DNA of 56,813 bases, taken from assembly GCA_031835245.2 (NCBI GenBank), contig JAVKOQ020000094.1, positions 124,001 to 180,813 on the forward strand. Reading direction: 5' to 3'. Source of the DNA: Balamuthia mandrillaris (Eukaryota). Position numbers and translations under genes: made by a program. Shown here piece by piece: positions 10,458 to 25,032 of this stretch. A model generated the notes under the pieces. The model was not told where the DNA came from. It saw only the letters and a list, made by a program, of their open reading frames with translations, and did not search any database. Position 1 is the stretch's first letter. Every line of letters begins with the position of its first letter.

Positions 10458-11878
10458 TTAGTCTTCCTCGTTGATGAGACGTTGTCTCTTGTCAGCACCA
10501 GGGCTGGGCGTACGGGAAGGTGGGCTGCGAGATCTCTTGCGGTCCCCTTAAAAATCGTGCATCAATTGTCAGAGAGATGACCAATAAGAGAGGAGAGAAG
10601 AGAAAATACCAGGACTACGGGGGGAACGTGTAGGAGTAGCAGAGCGTGGCCTTGGGGAACGGGGAGAGGGGGAACGTCTGTACGGCGAGCCGCTGCGGCC
10701 ACGGCGAGGAGAACGAGGGGAGCGCGGTTCGGCTGCCCTGCTACTGCTGCTTCCTCCAGGTGAAGGTGGAGACCTAGGCGCCGGTGACCTTGTTCTAGGA
10801 CTGCGACGCGGAGAACGCCCTGTAGTGGATCGTCGTCAGGATGATACCAGAAAAGATAGCAAAGAGGGAGTGAGAAGAGAAGAGAAGAGAAGAGAAGAGA
10901 AGAGAAGAGAAGAGAAGAGAAGAGAAGAGAAGAGAAGAGAAGAGAAGAGAAGAGGAAAGAGAAGAGAAGAGAACGATGAAGAGAAGAGAAGAGAAGAGAA
11001 AGAAGAAAGAGAAGAGAAGAGAAGAGAAGAGAAGAGAAGAGAAGAGAAGAGAAGAGAAGAGAAGAGAAGAGAAGAGAAGAGAAGAGAAGAGAAGAGAAGA
11101 GAAGAGAAGAGAAGCAGACCACGAGGAGAAGGAGAACGACGAGAGCGGCGGGGGGAGCGTCTAGGAGAACGTGAACGACGACTCCTGGTGCTACCATCGG
11201 TGCCATAGCCATAGAAATTCTGCTTGCGGTTGAGTCCGACATCCCAATCTATGCGCAGGCGACGTCCATCCAAATTATAGCCATTGTATCTTTTAGAAAG
11301 AGAGTGAGAAAGAGGTTTTAAGAGAGGTCACAGACTTACAACAAGCTATTGCACAAAGACAAAACAAACCTTTCATAGGCATCTTCGGCATCTCTTCGGT
11401 GCTCATACTCGACAAAGGCGTAGCCTTTGCTTTGACCAGTGCGTTTGTTGTAGCCGACGGTAACCTGTCGAATGGGGCCACAGCGCTCAAACTCGCGGCC
11501 GAGGTCCCTCTCTCGCATGTGATAGGGCAAGTTACCAATGAAGAGAGTGGTGGAGTCTCTCTTATCCCGCTCTAATCCTCTGCTCCTTTTTATTTTAAGT
11601 GGATGAAAGAAGAACCGCAGGCGATTAAATTAATCAAAGTTCGTTGTGTGTTCAGAACAGAGGATATGAGATACGTACTGTGACCTGAAGCCACGCACAG
11701 GGGAGCGAGAACGGCGTGATCGTTCGGGCGAATGCCTGCTACCTCTTCTTCGTTCGGGCGAAGGTGAACGGTGGTATGACTTTTTTTTTTTTGGGGGAGG
11801 GGGGGGGATAATCCAAACTCGACCGATTAGTTATCATTATTTTTTTTTTGAAACCTAGATGTGAGGCCAACCCACCAT
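10458..11878 (-). CDS. SR-family splicing factor with RS-RRM-RS layout (Tra2/SRSF10-like)
   Basis: First coding exon is the ATG alone (ATG|GTGGGT), followed by SYHRSPSPERRR. RNP2 is LFIGNL and RNP1 is KGYAFVEY, then DGRRLRIDW and a long RSP-rich tail ending RLINEED* at 10458. Confidence 0.85.
10873..11113. repeat. (GAAGA)n pentanucleotide tract in an intron of the SR gene
   Basis: Directly visible. It reads (TCTTC)n on the sense strand. Confidence 0.95.
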
Positions 11879-12238
11879 GGTTTTCTATCTCTCTTGTTGG
11901 AGGGGGGCTGCGGCCAGGCCTTTCTGCAATTGCAGCCACTTGCTGTTGTCGCTTCTGCTGCTGGATAAAAAAAAACAGATCTTTGCGCTTGAGGGGTTTT
12001 TTTGGGGTGTGAAATACTAACCCAAGAGAGCAGGAAGAACGAAGAGAGAAAAAAAGGGGGATTTTGTTTGCAGGAAATGCGATTTTCTTTTGATGATTAC
12101 AAGAACAAAAGAAAATGTCTCTCTCTTGGAAGAAGTGGTGTTTTTTGGGGCCAAAAAAAATATTGTTCAGCTACAACGTTTGTCGGTCCAAACTCGTTTT
12201 TTTGCAGTCTAACACAAAAAATGCATCCATTTTGTTTT

Positions 12239-12545
12239 TTACTTCTTCTCGGTGGTGGTGGCCTGGCCAGCACCAGCGTTGGGTCCCTTGCGGCGGCCAC
12301 CAGGTCCAACCACAGCGTTCACAAAGCGCCTGTTGTAGATGATCCTCTTCTTGGCGCGGCCGGTCTTGGCCTTCTTCTTCTCAACGGCTTCAACCTTGGG
12401 GGTCTGTCCCCTCACCTTACCAGCACGAGCCAATCCTCCGTGAACCTTACCTGAGGATTACAAAGGAATAAAACACCGGTCAATGTTCCATTCGATCACT
12501 AAACGCAACGCAAAAATCAAAGAGCGGAGATGAACACTCACCCAT
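12239..12545 (-). CDS. RPS30: 40S ribosomal protein S30 (eS30), no ubiquitin-like fusion
   Basis: ATG G|GTGAGT, intron 12541-12451, then [35 protein letters not shown]. Confidence 0.97.
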
Positions 12546-12806
12546 TGTCTTTCCTGCAAGCTGTGTTTACTAGTAACAAACTGTTTCTTTGGCGTTGAGA
12601 GGGGCGGAATGAAGTCTTTTGTTTTTATTTTTTGTCCCGCCTGAGGGGGCATCTTCAAGATTTTACCCTAAAAGGTTCTTGTAATTTTCTCAGTTGCGGA
12701 GTTTTGAGTCTGTAATGCCTTCGAAATTTCAAGTAACCCACGTCATACATTGTGTCGACATAAAACATTGCAAAAGAAGAAAAGAAGCCAGAGAGGAGAG
12801 AGGAGA

Positions 12807-13283
12807 ATGGAACTACAGAACCCAAACCCGGTGGTGTTTGCCGTGTCCAAACTGGACAGGAGGCGGGAGCGAGGGGTGGCAGATGATGAGGAGCGCGAGG
12901 ACGTTTATGACGAGTTCGACGCTCTGGAGGTGTTCGACCTCATACGACGGATCAACGACCCAGAACACCCCCTCACGCTCGAGCAGCTAAACGTGACACA
13001 GCATCAGAACATACAAGTGGATGACAAGACCAACAAGGTCATTGTTCACTTCACCCCAACCATTCCCCACTGCTCCATGGCCACACTGATAGGTCTCTGC
13101 ATTCGTGTGAAGCTGTTGCGCTCCTTGCCACGCCGGTTCAAGGTGGACATCATGGTCACTCCTGGCTCTCACGCCTCGGAAGAAGCCGTGAACAAGCAGC
13201 TCAACGATAAGGAAAGAGTGGCGGCTGCTCTGGAAAACAAAAGCTTGTTGGAGGTTGTGGACAAGTGTATCGCCACTGCTTGA
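12807..13283 (+). CDS. CIAO2B: Cytosolic Fe-S assembly component 2B (MIP18/FAM96B), intronless
   Basis: [40 protein letters not shown] and [16 protein letters not shown]. Confidence 0.95.
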   Translation: MELQNPNPVVFAVSKLDRRRERGVADDEEREDVYDEFDALEVFDLIRRINDPEHPLTLEQLNVTQHQNIQVDDKTNKVIVHFTPTIPHCSMATLIGLCIRVKLLRSLPRRFKVDIMVTPGSHASEEAVNKQLNDKERVAAALENKSLLEVVDKCIATA

Positions 13284-13567
13284 CTAAAGAACCAGACGGC
13301 AAATTCAAGCAATCACCTAAGGAGCCACTTCTTTTTGCGACAGACTGATCCGCTTCTCGTCTTCCACCATTCTGATCCCTACTGCTAGCAAGAAGACGAA
13401 ACAAACAAAAACAAGACGACCATGAGAGGAAAATGAAGAAAAAAAAGGTGTTGTAAAAAAGACTTTTTTAAACAAGTGTAAAAAGAATACAACAACATAA
13501 TAATATTTAAACAGCATACTACAAAACCACAAAACAAACACAACATCGCCAAAAGCGGAGGATACAG

Positions 13568-16249
<2,682 letters not shown>

Positions 16250-16882
16250 CTTTGCTTTTTGCTTTTATTTTAATTCTTTGTGCCCATTTTTTTGTGTTTT
16301 TGGGAAACCAAGGGGCCTAACGCCAACGTTTCAATGGCTGGAGTCTTAGACATTTTCTGCCCTTGTCAGTGTGATCGTCTGCTGGAATTGAACAGTGCAC
16401 GCATAAAGGGTTTGATTGTCTACAAGAACCAGCGCCAATCCGGTCAGACATTCTGCTGTAGCCTTGCGGTTTCCTGGGGTCATTACACGAAAATACCAGG
16501 GAAAGAAAGAGGAGGAAACCAAAATCGAGAGAGAGAAGAAAAACCACCGCCATACCACCGCCCTACCCCAACCACCACAAAGAACAGAAGAGAGGCGGCC
16601 TCACACCTTTTGCTGCTGTCAAATCACTGCTTACTGCAGCTGCAAAGCGAACAAAGAAGAGACAACGTACTGCGCGCGTGCCAAAGCGCAAAGCAGAGCA
16701 ATCCAAGCCTATCCTCCTCCTCCTCTGATTTGGAGGAACAACAAACAACAACAAAGGGGGTTGTCATATCAAACTAAAAAGGGGGAAAGTAAGGAGGATC
16801 AAACTCAAGTCCACCTTTTTTTTTTCTCTCTCTCTCTCTCTCTCTCCCTTTCTTTTTCCTCGTATTTTAAGGGAGGCATCGA

Positions 16883-17431
16883 ATGGAAAGGGAGGTGAAG
16901 GGAAGGATCAAGTCACGGCGACGAAAGAAAGGTGGCTTGTTGCTTGTTGGGTGGCGTACCGTTCTGAACCCCTCCACCCTCTTCTTCTTCCTCTCCTTGC
17001 TGCTTTTAGGCTGCTTTGATACCTCCTCCACTGTTGCAAAGACTCCATCCTCCTCTCCTTCTACCTCTTCTTCGTCATCCTCTTTTGCTTTTCATGCAAC
17101 GACCGTTGAAGATGGTACTGGTCATCGTCCTCCTTTGCTTCTCTCTCTCTCTCTCTCTCTCCCTGCATGAACAAATAATGAAAGAATCTATGCAAAAACA
17201 ACAGAGTTTATAGTGCAGTTTAGGAGTTATGGTTATCAGAAGGACCTCGAGCCTTTGCTGCGTGCCATACTTCCCTCTTCTCTCGGCTGGACCCTTGTGC
17301 CACGCCACAACCCCGCTTCCACCTTTCCTACCGACTTTGCTCTCATCAAAGTACTTGTTTCTATCTCTCTCTCTCTCTATCTCTCTTTTCTGCAATTTCT
17401 TCTTTCTTCGTATAGTTTCTATTTCGATTTT

Positions 17432-17467
<36 letters not shown>

Positions 17468-18049
17468 TCCTCCTTCTCTTACCAGTTGTTATTTTCTTTC
17501 TCTTTCTTTCTTTCGAACCACAACAAAATTGAAAAATAGGTATCAGGCAAGAACGCAACACGAGAGGTGTTAGGTCCGTTGCAACGGAGCAACCAGGTCA
17601 AACGTGTCATCCCGCAACGCAAGTTTATCAACGCGTTGAAGGAGTTCGAAGTGGGCCATACCCACGATGACAACCACCACCACATTAATCTTCATCAAGA
17701 CAACGACGTGAAGACTGCCGACTCTACCAATAGAGTTCATCCTGTTACTCCAAATAAGAGTAGCAAATACGGTCAACACGTTCCTTTTGATGGGTTGATG
17801 CGCGGAAGGTATGAAACAGCCTTTGTGTTTGTCTAATCATACTTATTCTTAATCTTCTCATAAATCAACAGACAAAGTGGGGATTTCTCTTCGGAGGATG
17901 AAGAGGGTTGGTCCCAGAACTTTAGTACATCGAGGCGGTTGCATTCTTCTCTAATGCAGGTTACTCATCGTCTCAATGCAGATTATCTGTGGGACAAAAC
18001 TTATACGGGTATCCCTTCGCACGCGCGCTCTCTCTCTCTCTCTCTCTCG

Positions 18050-18099
<50 letters not shown>

Positions 18100-18898
18100 C
18101 TCTCGCTCTCTCGCTCTCTCGCTCTCTCGCTCTCTCTCCATACCAATCATTTAATGAATAAATCACCAAAAGGAACGGGGGTCAGAGTGGCTATATTTGA
18201 CACAGGCCTGCGCAAGGACCATCCTCACTTCCGTAACATAAGAGAAAGAACGAATTGGACAGATGAAAACTCATTAGAGGATGGCTTGGGCCATGGTACG
18301 TTTGTGGCTGGCGTCATTGCCTCTCAGAGCGAGTGTTTAGGCTTTGCACCTGACGTAGATCTTTACATCTTCCGTGTCTTTACCAACGATCGAGGTACGT
18401 TATTATTTTTTTTGCTACCTTCCGCTATGATGTTACATCACTTTAATTCTTTTCCGCAACTTAACTTATTCAACTGAAGTCTCGTATACGTCGTGGTTCT
18501 TGGACGCTTTCAACTATGCCATTCACACCAAGATCAATGTCCTTAATTTGAGCATTGGCGGACCCGACTTTATGGACATGCCCTTCATTGAGAAGGTATG
18601 GGAAATGAGCGCCAACAATATCATTGTTGTTTCTGCGATAGGCAACGATGGTCCTCTTTACGGGTATCTCTCTCTCTCTCTCTCTCTCTCTCTTTTCCTC
18701 CTTTACTTTCAATCAGGGACTAATAAAGCCTTAAAGGACGCTAAACAATCCTGCTGACCAATTGGATGTCATTGGAGTGGGCGGCATTACTTTCCAAGAC
18801 ACTATCGCCCCATTCTCCTCCCGTGGCATGACTGCATGGGAGCTGCCCAGCGGCTATGGTCGTGTCAAACCCGATATTGTAGCTTATGGTACAACTTC

Positions 18899-18940
<42 letters not shown>

Positions 18941-20831
18941 GCCTTTATTTATATTTTCCTGTCGAAGGCGAGAGTGTATCTGGGTCACGTATCTATGGCG
19001 GTTGTAGGTCGCTTTCAGGGACGAGTGTGGCCTCTCCCGTTGTGGCTGGCGCTGTAGCACTGCTTGCAAGCACCGTCCCGGAGCGACAGCGATGGTCTAT
19101 TCTGAACCCAGCTAGTATGAAGCAGGTGCTGGTGGAGACTGCAGAAAGATTGCCTGATGCCAACATTTTTGAGCAGGGCATGGGTAAACTCAATTTGTTG
19201 AACGCTCATAAGGCGCTCAGGACTTATACGCCGCGTGCCTCGGTCGTGCCCAGCTCACTCGATCTGACTGATTGTCCTTACATGTGGCCTTATTGTAGTC
19301 AGCCAATGTACTTCTTTCCCCTCTTATTCCCTTCTTCATTCTCTTTGTTCTTCGTATTCATCCCTCTGTCTATCTTCATCTGTATGTCTTCCTGTTTTCC
19401 TTTTCCTTATTGCTTTTGCTCTCTTTAGCTATTATGGAGGAATGCCGACCATAGTTAACGCAACCATCCTGAATGGTATGGGTGTAGTTGGAGAAATCAC
19501 CGAAACGCCACAATGGCTGCAAGGTGTTAATGGAGAAAAAATAGAGGTATGTCTCCCTCCCCTCCCCTCCCTCCCCTCCCCTCCCTCCCTCCAATAACGT
19601 GCTTCGTGTGCCACACAGCTCGCCTTCGAACACAGTGAGCAGCTTTGGCCATGGACAGGCTATTTAGCAATTCACATTCGAGCAAGTCCTACAGCTCGCA
19701 ACTGGGAAGGTGAAGCGGAGGGCATAATCCGCTTTACCGTTTCTTCTCCTCCTGCTGTAACGTTTTCCTTCTATCTCTTTTATTCATTTTGATATGCTTT
19801 TGACATTTAAATTTATCGCTACCTCGACATTGAACTGCAGGTAGGAGAAACTCAAAAAAGGAGCACAACTGTAGAGTTGCCGCTGAAAGTTAAAATTGTA
19901 CCAACACCACCCAGAGAAAAGAGAATACTTTTTGATCAATATCACAACCTTCGCTATCCTTCTGGTTACTTCCCTCGTGATGCACTCTGGATGAAGGTTT
20001 GCTCTTTGCTTACTTCTCTCTCCCAACCTATTCTGCGCTTCAATAACGAAGATTTAATGGTAACAACTACCAGACGGAACCATTTGATTGGAATGGAGAT
20101 CACATACATACAAACCTCAAAGATATGTACACAATGTTGCGGCGGTATGGTTACTTTGTGGAAGTGCTGGGCTCTCCCTTCACCTGCTTTAACGCCTCTG
20201 AGTACGGCACCTTATTGCTGGTCGATCCCGAGGAGGAATTCTTCCCCGAGGAAGTGACCAAGTTGTACCAAGATGTCACCGAGTTAGGTCTATCAGTATT
20301 AGTCTTCGCTGATTGGTACAACGCAGACGTAATGCAAACTATCAAGTTCTTTGACGAGAATACACGGCAATGGTGGACTCCAGCTACTGGGTATATACAG
20401 TCTTTGCATCTATATGTCGTCTACAAATTTTGCTTACTTTCTTCTTCTTCTTCTTCCTTCTTCTTCTTTCTTCTTGTTCTTCTAAACCTTCTCTCGTTGA
20501 CGAAATGCAGAGGAAGTAACGTGCCTGCTCTGAATGATTTGTTGAAGCCATTTGGGATAGCTTTTGGAGATAGAATCTATGACGGAGAATTCCAACTGGG
20601 TGACGATCAACGCCACGCTGCGCTGGTACCTCATCCTTCTGTTGTTCTCTCGGTGCAAAAAACATGAATGCTGACTTGTATCTGTTGTAGTTTGCTTCTG
20701 GCACCGCTATAGCTTCGTTCCCAAAGGGCGGCACTCTTTTGTCGCTTCCTCTTCACGACCAAACAGTGGATATTTTAACCAATCAGGAACACACTGAAAT
20801 TGTACAAGTACCAGTTCTAGGAATGTACGTT

Positions 20832-20882
<51 letters not shown>

Positions 20883-21691
20883 CCCGTTTTTCTTCAAATA
20901 ACAGAAGGACTGATTCGTATGCAGGTTAACAACGCAAGGACAAAACCTGACACGGGGAGGAAGAATCGCTGTATTTGGCGATTCAAGTTGTCTAGACAAC
21001 ATTCACCAACGGAGAGGAGATACCATACCTCAACAATGCTTGTGGCTGTTGGAACGACTGCTGCAGTACTCCTCTCGGGGCTTTCTCGATACGAACGTGC
21101 TGCTGGGCGCAGAACAACTGCGGCATACTTTTGTGTCAACCGTTGTGCAGCCTCCGATGCGCCTGCCTTCCAGTGACCTTCCCAAGTTCTCCAAAGTGTT
21201 AAATAACAACAAGGGGGCAGGCCTCACTGGACCTCGCTACGCTACTCTGCCCCAGTGCAGCAACAAACAGTGGCTTACTTTCTCCAAGTCTCGCGATATA
21301 GTGCATATCGAGTGGATGGTAACAAATTTCTCTTCTTCTTCTTGTTCTTCTTCTTCCCATTTTCTTTTTTTTAAAATTATTTTTTGCTATCTCCTTCTTA
21401 TTTAGGATGAAAACAATGTGAACACGGCCACCGGCCGAGGTCCCTTGAGCTACTCTCCAGAAACTCTTCCCTTTGAACAAACCGAAAACCTTGAAAGAAG
21501 TACACCCTTCTCTCTCTCTCTCCCTCTCCTCTCTTGTACTTATTGTTTTTTGTGGAACAAAAGGCAATGTAGGGGATTACTTTGCAGGATACTTGGTGCT
21601 CTGCGTGGTGGTGCTGGCCGCCATGGTGGTGGGGTACCATCGGAGTCAAACGCCTCGCCTCGCTCGCCGGATAAACTCTTCTTCCGTATAA
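16883..21691 (+). CDS. MBTPS1: Site-1 protease (SKI-1, subtilisin-like membrane-bound transcription factor peptidase)
   Basis: Catalytic motifs [17 protein letters not shown] and [11 protein letters not shown]. Also [41 protein letters not shown] and a C-terminal transmembrane segment. Confidence 0.95.
18009..18172 (+). other. GT-AG intron with U12-like donor GTATCCCT in MBTPS1
   Basis: TAT ACG G|GTATCCCTT...CATTTAATG...AAAG|GA ACG restores [14 protein letters not shown]. Confidence 0.5.
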
Positions 21692-21900
21692 AAAAGACAA
21701 AAAAAATGTACAGGTTGTTGGAAGGTGGTCTTTATTTATTTTATTTTTCTTTTTAAACTGATTAAAATGCGTTATAACAAGCGAATAAGTTATTTAGTTG
21801 TACAAAGGAATAATTAACAACACAAAAAAAAGGAGGCAAGCAGCACACTAAGCAAAAAGGTAGGTACAGTGCTGCTGCTACTATTACAACAAAAGACTCG

Positions 21901-23615
21901 CTAGTTGAACACATCCTTGCCGTCAATATCTTTGCCCTTCTTCAAGCTCTTCTTCTCCTCCTTATCCAACAGTTTCTGCTCTCGCTTTTCCTTGCGCTGC
22001 CGCGCCTTCTCCATCTTGGCCTCCATCTTGTCCTTCTTCTCGAGCTTCTTGCGGATCTCGTTGGGCAGCTTGAGATAGCACTTCTTACAGAGGGGCTTGC
22101 CCTCCCAGGCGCAAATCTTGGAACCGACAGAAAGTGGGGTGTCGCAGGTCTGACAGGCAAAGTGCTCCTTGTGCCAGATCTTGCCGAGGGCCTCTACAGC
22201 GCCGTGCGTGACGGGCTTGTTACACTTGGCGCAGAGACGACCAAAGAGAATCTTGTAGTGGACCTCACAGTAGGGGAGGTTGTCGTGCTCGTAGAACTGA
22301 CTGCCAGAGAAGGGTGTGTGACAGTGGGCGCAGCAAAAGTGCTCCGGATGCCAAATGCGTCCCATGGCGGTCATTGAGCGTCCGGTGATGGGCTTCCTGC
22401 AGCCAGCACAGATGTCCAGCTGGAGCTTGTCCCAATCCTCTTTGCAGTAGAGCTTACCCATGTGCTCGTGGCAGTCTCCGTTGGTGAACTCCTTGCCGCA
22501 GGCCTCGCAGCGAAAGTGCTCAGGATGCATGCGCTGTCCGTTGAGGGTGACGTACTCTCCGATGATAGGCTTCTTGCAGCGGCCACAAATGTGTATCTTG
22601 GGGTCCACCTCCACCTGTAAGGCTGCCTTGCAAACATCGCAGTAGGGTTCTCCGCCGGCCTCCTTGTACTTCTTACCTACGAGGCTCACGCCGCAGCCCG
22701 TGCACACAAAGTGCTCTGGATGGAAGAAATGGCCCAGGGCCTTTACCACCTTTTCCTTGATGGGCTGCTCGCAGGCAATGCACCGCGGTGCAAAGAGTTC
22801 GTAGTAGTGAGGCTCGCAGTAGGGCTTGCCCTCGTACTCCAGGAACTTGCCCCCCGGAAAAGGCTGCGAGCAGTTGGTGCACACAAAGTGCTCGGGGTGA
22901 TAGTGCTTGCCCAAGGCGTTGGTCACTTTGCCCACTACCGGCTCTCCGCAGTAGTCACACGGAGGGCCATGGACGGTAAGCTTCTTGCCCTCTGGTGTGA
23001 ACTCTGCTACTCCTCCGATGTTTCCTCCCCCTCTCCCTGCGTGCTGTGGCCGCACAAAGGCAGCACCTGGTCCTGTGGAAGCCAAGCCAGGTCCAGTGGA
23101 AATGGGGCCTGGTCCAGTTGACACAAAGCCTGCTCCAGGTCCGGTGCTGACCCTGGGGCCTGGTCCTGTGCTTACAAAGCCCGCCCCAGGGCCTGTGCTG
23201 ACCCTGGGGCCGGGTCCGGTGCTGACAAAACCGGGTCCAGTGGAAATGGGGCCTGGTCCTGTTGAAACAAAGCCTGCACCAGGTCCGGTGCTTGCTCTGG
23301 GACCTGGCCCTGTGCTAACAAAGCCTTGGCCAGGTCCTGTGCTGAGAATCGCAGTAGCACCGCCGGAAGCAGTCAACCCTGCACCTGCGGAAGAAGGCGG
23401 TTGGTTTATACTTCCCAACAAGTCATCAAGCTCATTCATCGAGAAAGCGGAACCGCCCTGGCCAGCGGTCTGCCCTCCAATGTCTTGCATAAGACTGTCC
23501 AACTCCTGGCACAGCAACAGCATGAATTCTTATTCATAGGGAGAGAGAAAGAAAGGAAGAGAGAGAGAGAGAGAAAAAAAGGCTGTACCGCTGTGAGCGA
23601 ATCCAAGGAAGTCAT
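21901..23615 (-). CDS. limB: Five-LIM-domain protein with STGPG repeats, Dictyostelium LimB (LIM2)-like
   Basis: Exon 1 MTSLDSLTA joins ELDSLMQDI (LD-like motifs). Twelve STGPG repeats, five LIM double zinc fingers and a basic tail CKKCYLKLPNEIRKKL follow. Confidence 0.85.
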
Positions 23616-24181
23616 CTTGCGCTTCTTTCTTTTTCCCGTCCTTCTTGCTGCTGTTGACGCAAATGACTTTTTTTTTAGGGGTGTCTTTGTTTGTGGCCAT
23701 CAATCAAAGATAAGGGTTAACCCTAATCGGGGGGCCAGCGATAACCCTAACCCTAAATCTCATTTCTTTACTGTCGACAAGTGCCCCTTCGCCCAGCAAG
23801 CCCCTTATGGGCCTACGCCGCCCCCAACCCGAGGGGGTGTTCCTCCCCCCTCGCCAACCACGAAAATAACAAAGGAATAATAATAACAAACTAAACAAGT
23901 TGAAAGACCCTCCCCTCCTCCCGCAAGCAGGTTCAGGTGTGCCCCCTCCACCAGTTTGTTGGTTAAAAAAAACAACAGGAAAGGCTTGGAAATCGATAAC
24001 AAAGGTTTTTCTGGTTTGCCGTTGTTTGCAAGAGGTGGAGACTCAGAGGGGAACAGAAGGGCTGTTTCCATTTTACACGTTGCATCAAGCGGCTCAAAAA
24101 GAGAACCTGACTGACATAGCCTACCATCCGGTCAAGAAGGGAAGTCCCAAACATCACTCGGAGTATTGTTCCTAGAAAGAG

Positions 24182-24986
24182 ATGGCAGACGGCAAGGAGA
24201 AAGGGGAACAACAGCAACAACAACAGCGGGGGCAAGTGGCGGTGTTCAGCTACTCCCGTTTCCTGCGCCGCAAGGAGATCAAGGACACCAACATCTACGT
24301 GGTCAATGACCAGGAGGCCAACGACATCCTGGCCTCTTTGTCTCCCGGTTCCTCTCTTCTCCGCCTCGACTCCAAAGATGCCAAAACCAACAAGAGCAAA
24401 TCCGCGTATGTCTCCTTTCTTCTGCTTCTTGTTCTGCTTCTGCTTCTGCTTATACATCCTGCTCCAATGAATTGTGAACAGGCTCATCGTTTCGTACAAG
24501 TTCTTGAACATGACGTTTCACCATCGGCTTCCAAGCTTGCTGATGAATCTCAAACGGAAGAAGAAGCAAAAGAAGAAGGACCTAGCAAAGCGCTCCTCCT
24601 CCTCCCCCAGCAATCTCCTCAAGTGCGTGCCCTCCAACAGGACAACCTTCTATTTTGTACAAAAGGTTCTGTTGGAGTTTTTGCCACGGCTTGAGCAGTT
24701 CATCAAGGAGTTCTCTTGCAACAAAAACTATGTCGGTGCGTTGTTCTTACTCCAACTTTTTCTTTTCAGTTTTCATTTATTCTTTGATCGGTAACGCGAA
24801 CAAAACTTTGTTTTGATGTGACTCACCGGTGGCTTTGCCTTGCGTGCAGAGTTGGACCTGGAGGGAGATGCGGAGCTCGAGAACGAGTTGTCTTTTCGCC
24901 CCTTCATCATCTATCCCACCACCAAGGGTGACTTGGTGATCAAAAAGAAGAACTTGGTTAGTAGAAGATGAAAGATCTTCTCTAGG

Positions 24987-25032
<46 letters not shown>

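Noticed and set aside
18664..18671. GTATCTCT donor as a further U12 intron
   Set aside because: It departs from GTATCC at +6 and runs into a (TC)n tract, so it is too weak to count.
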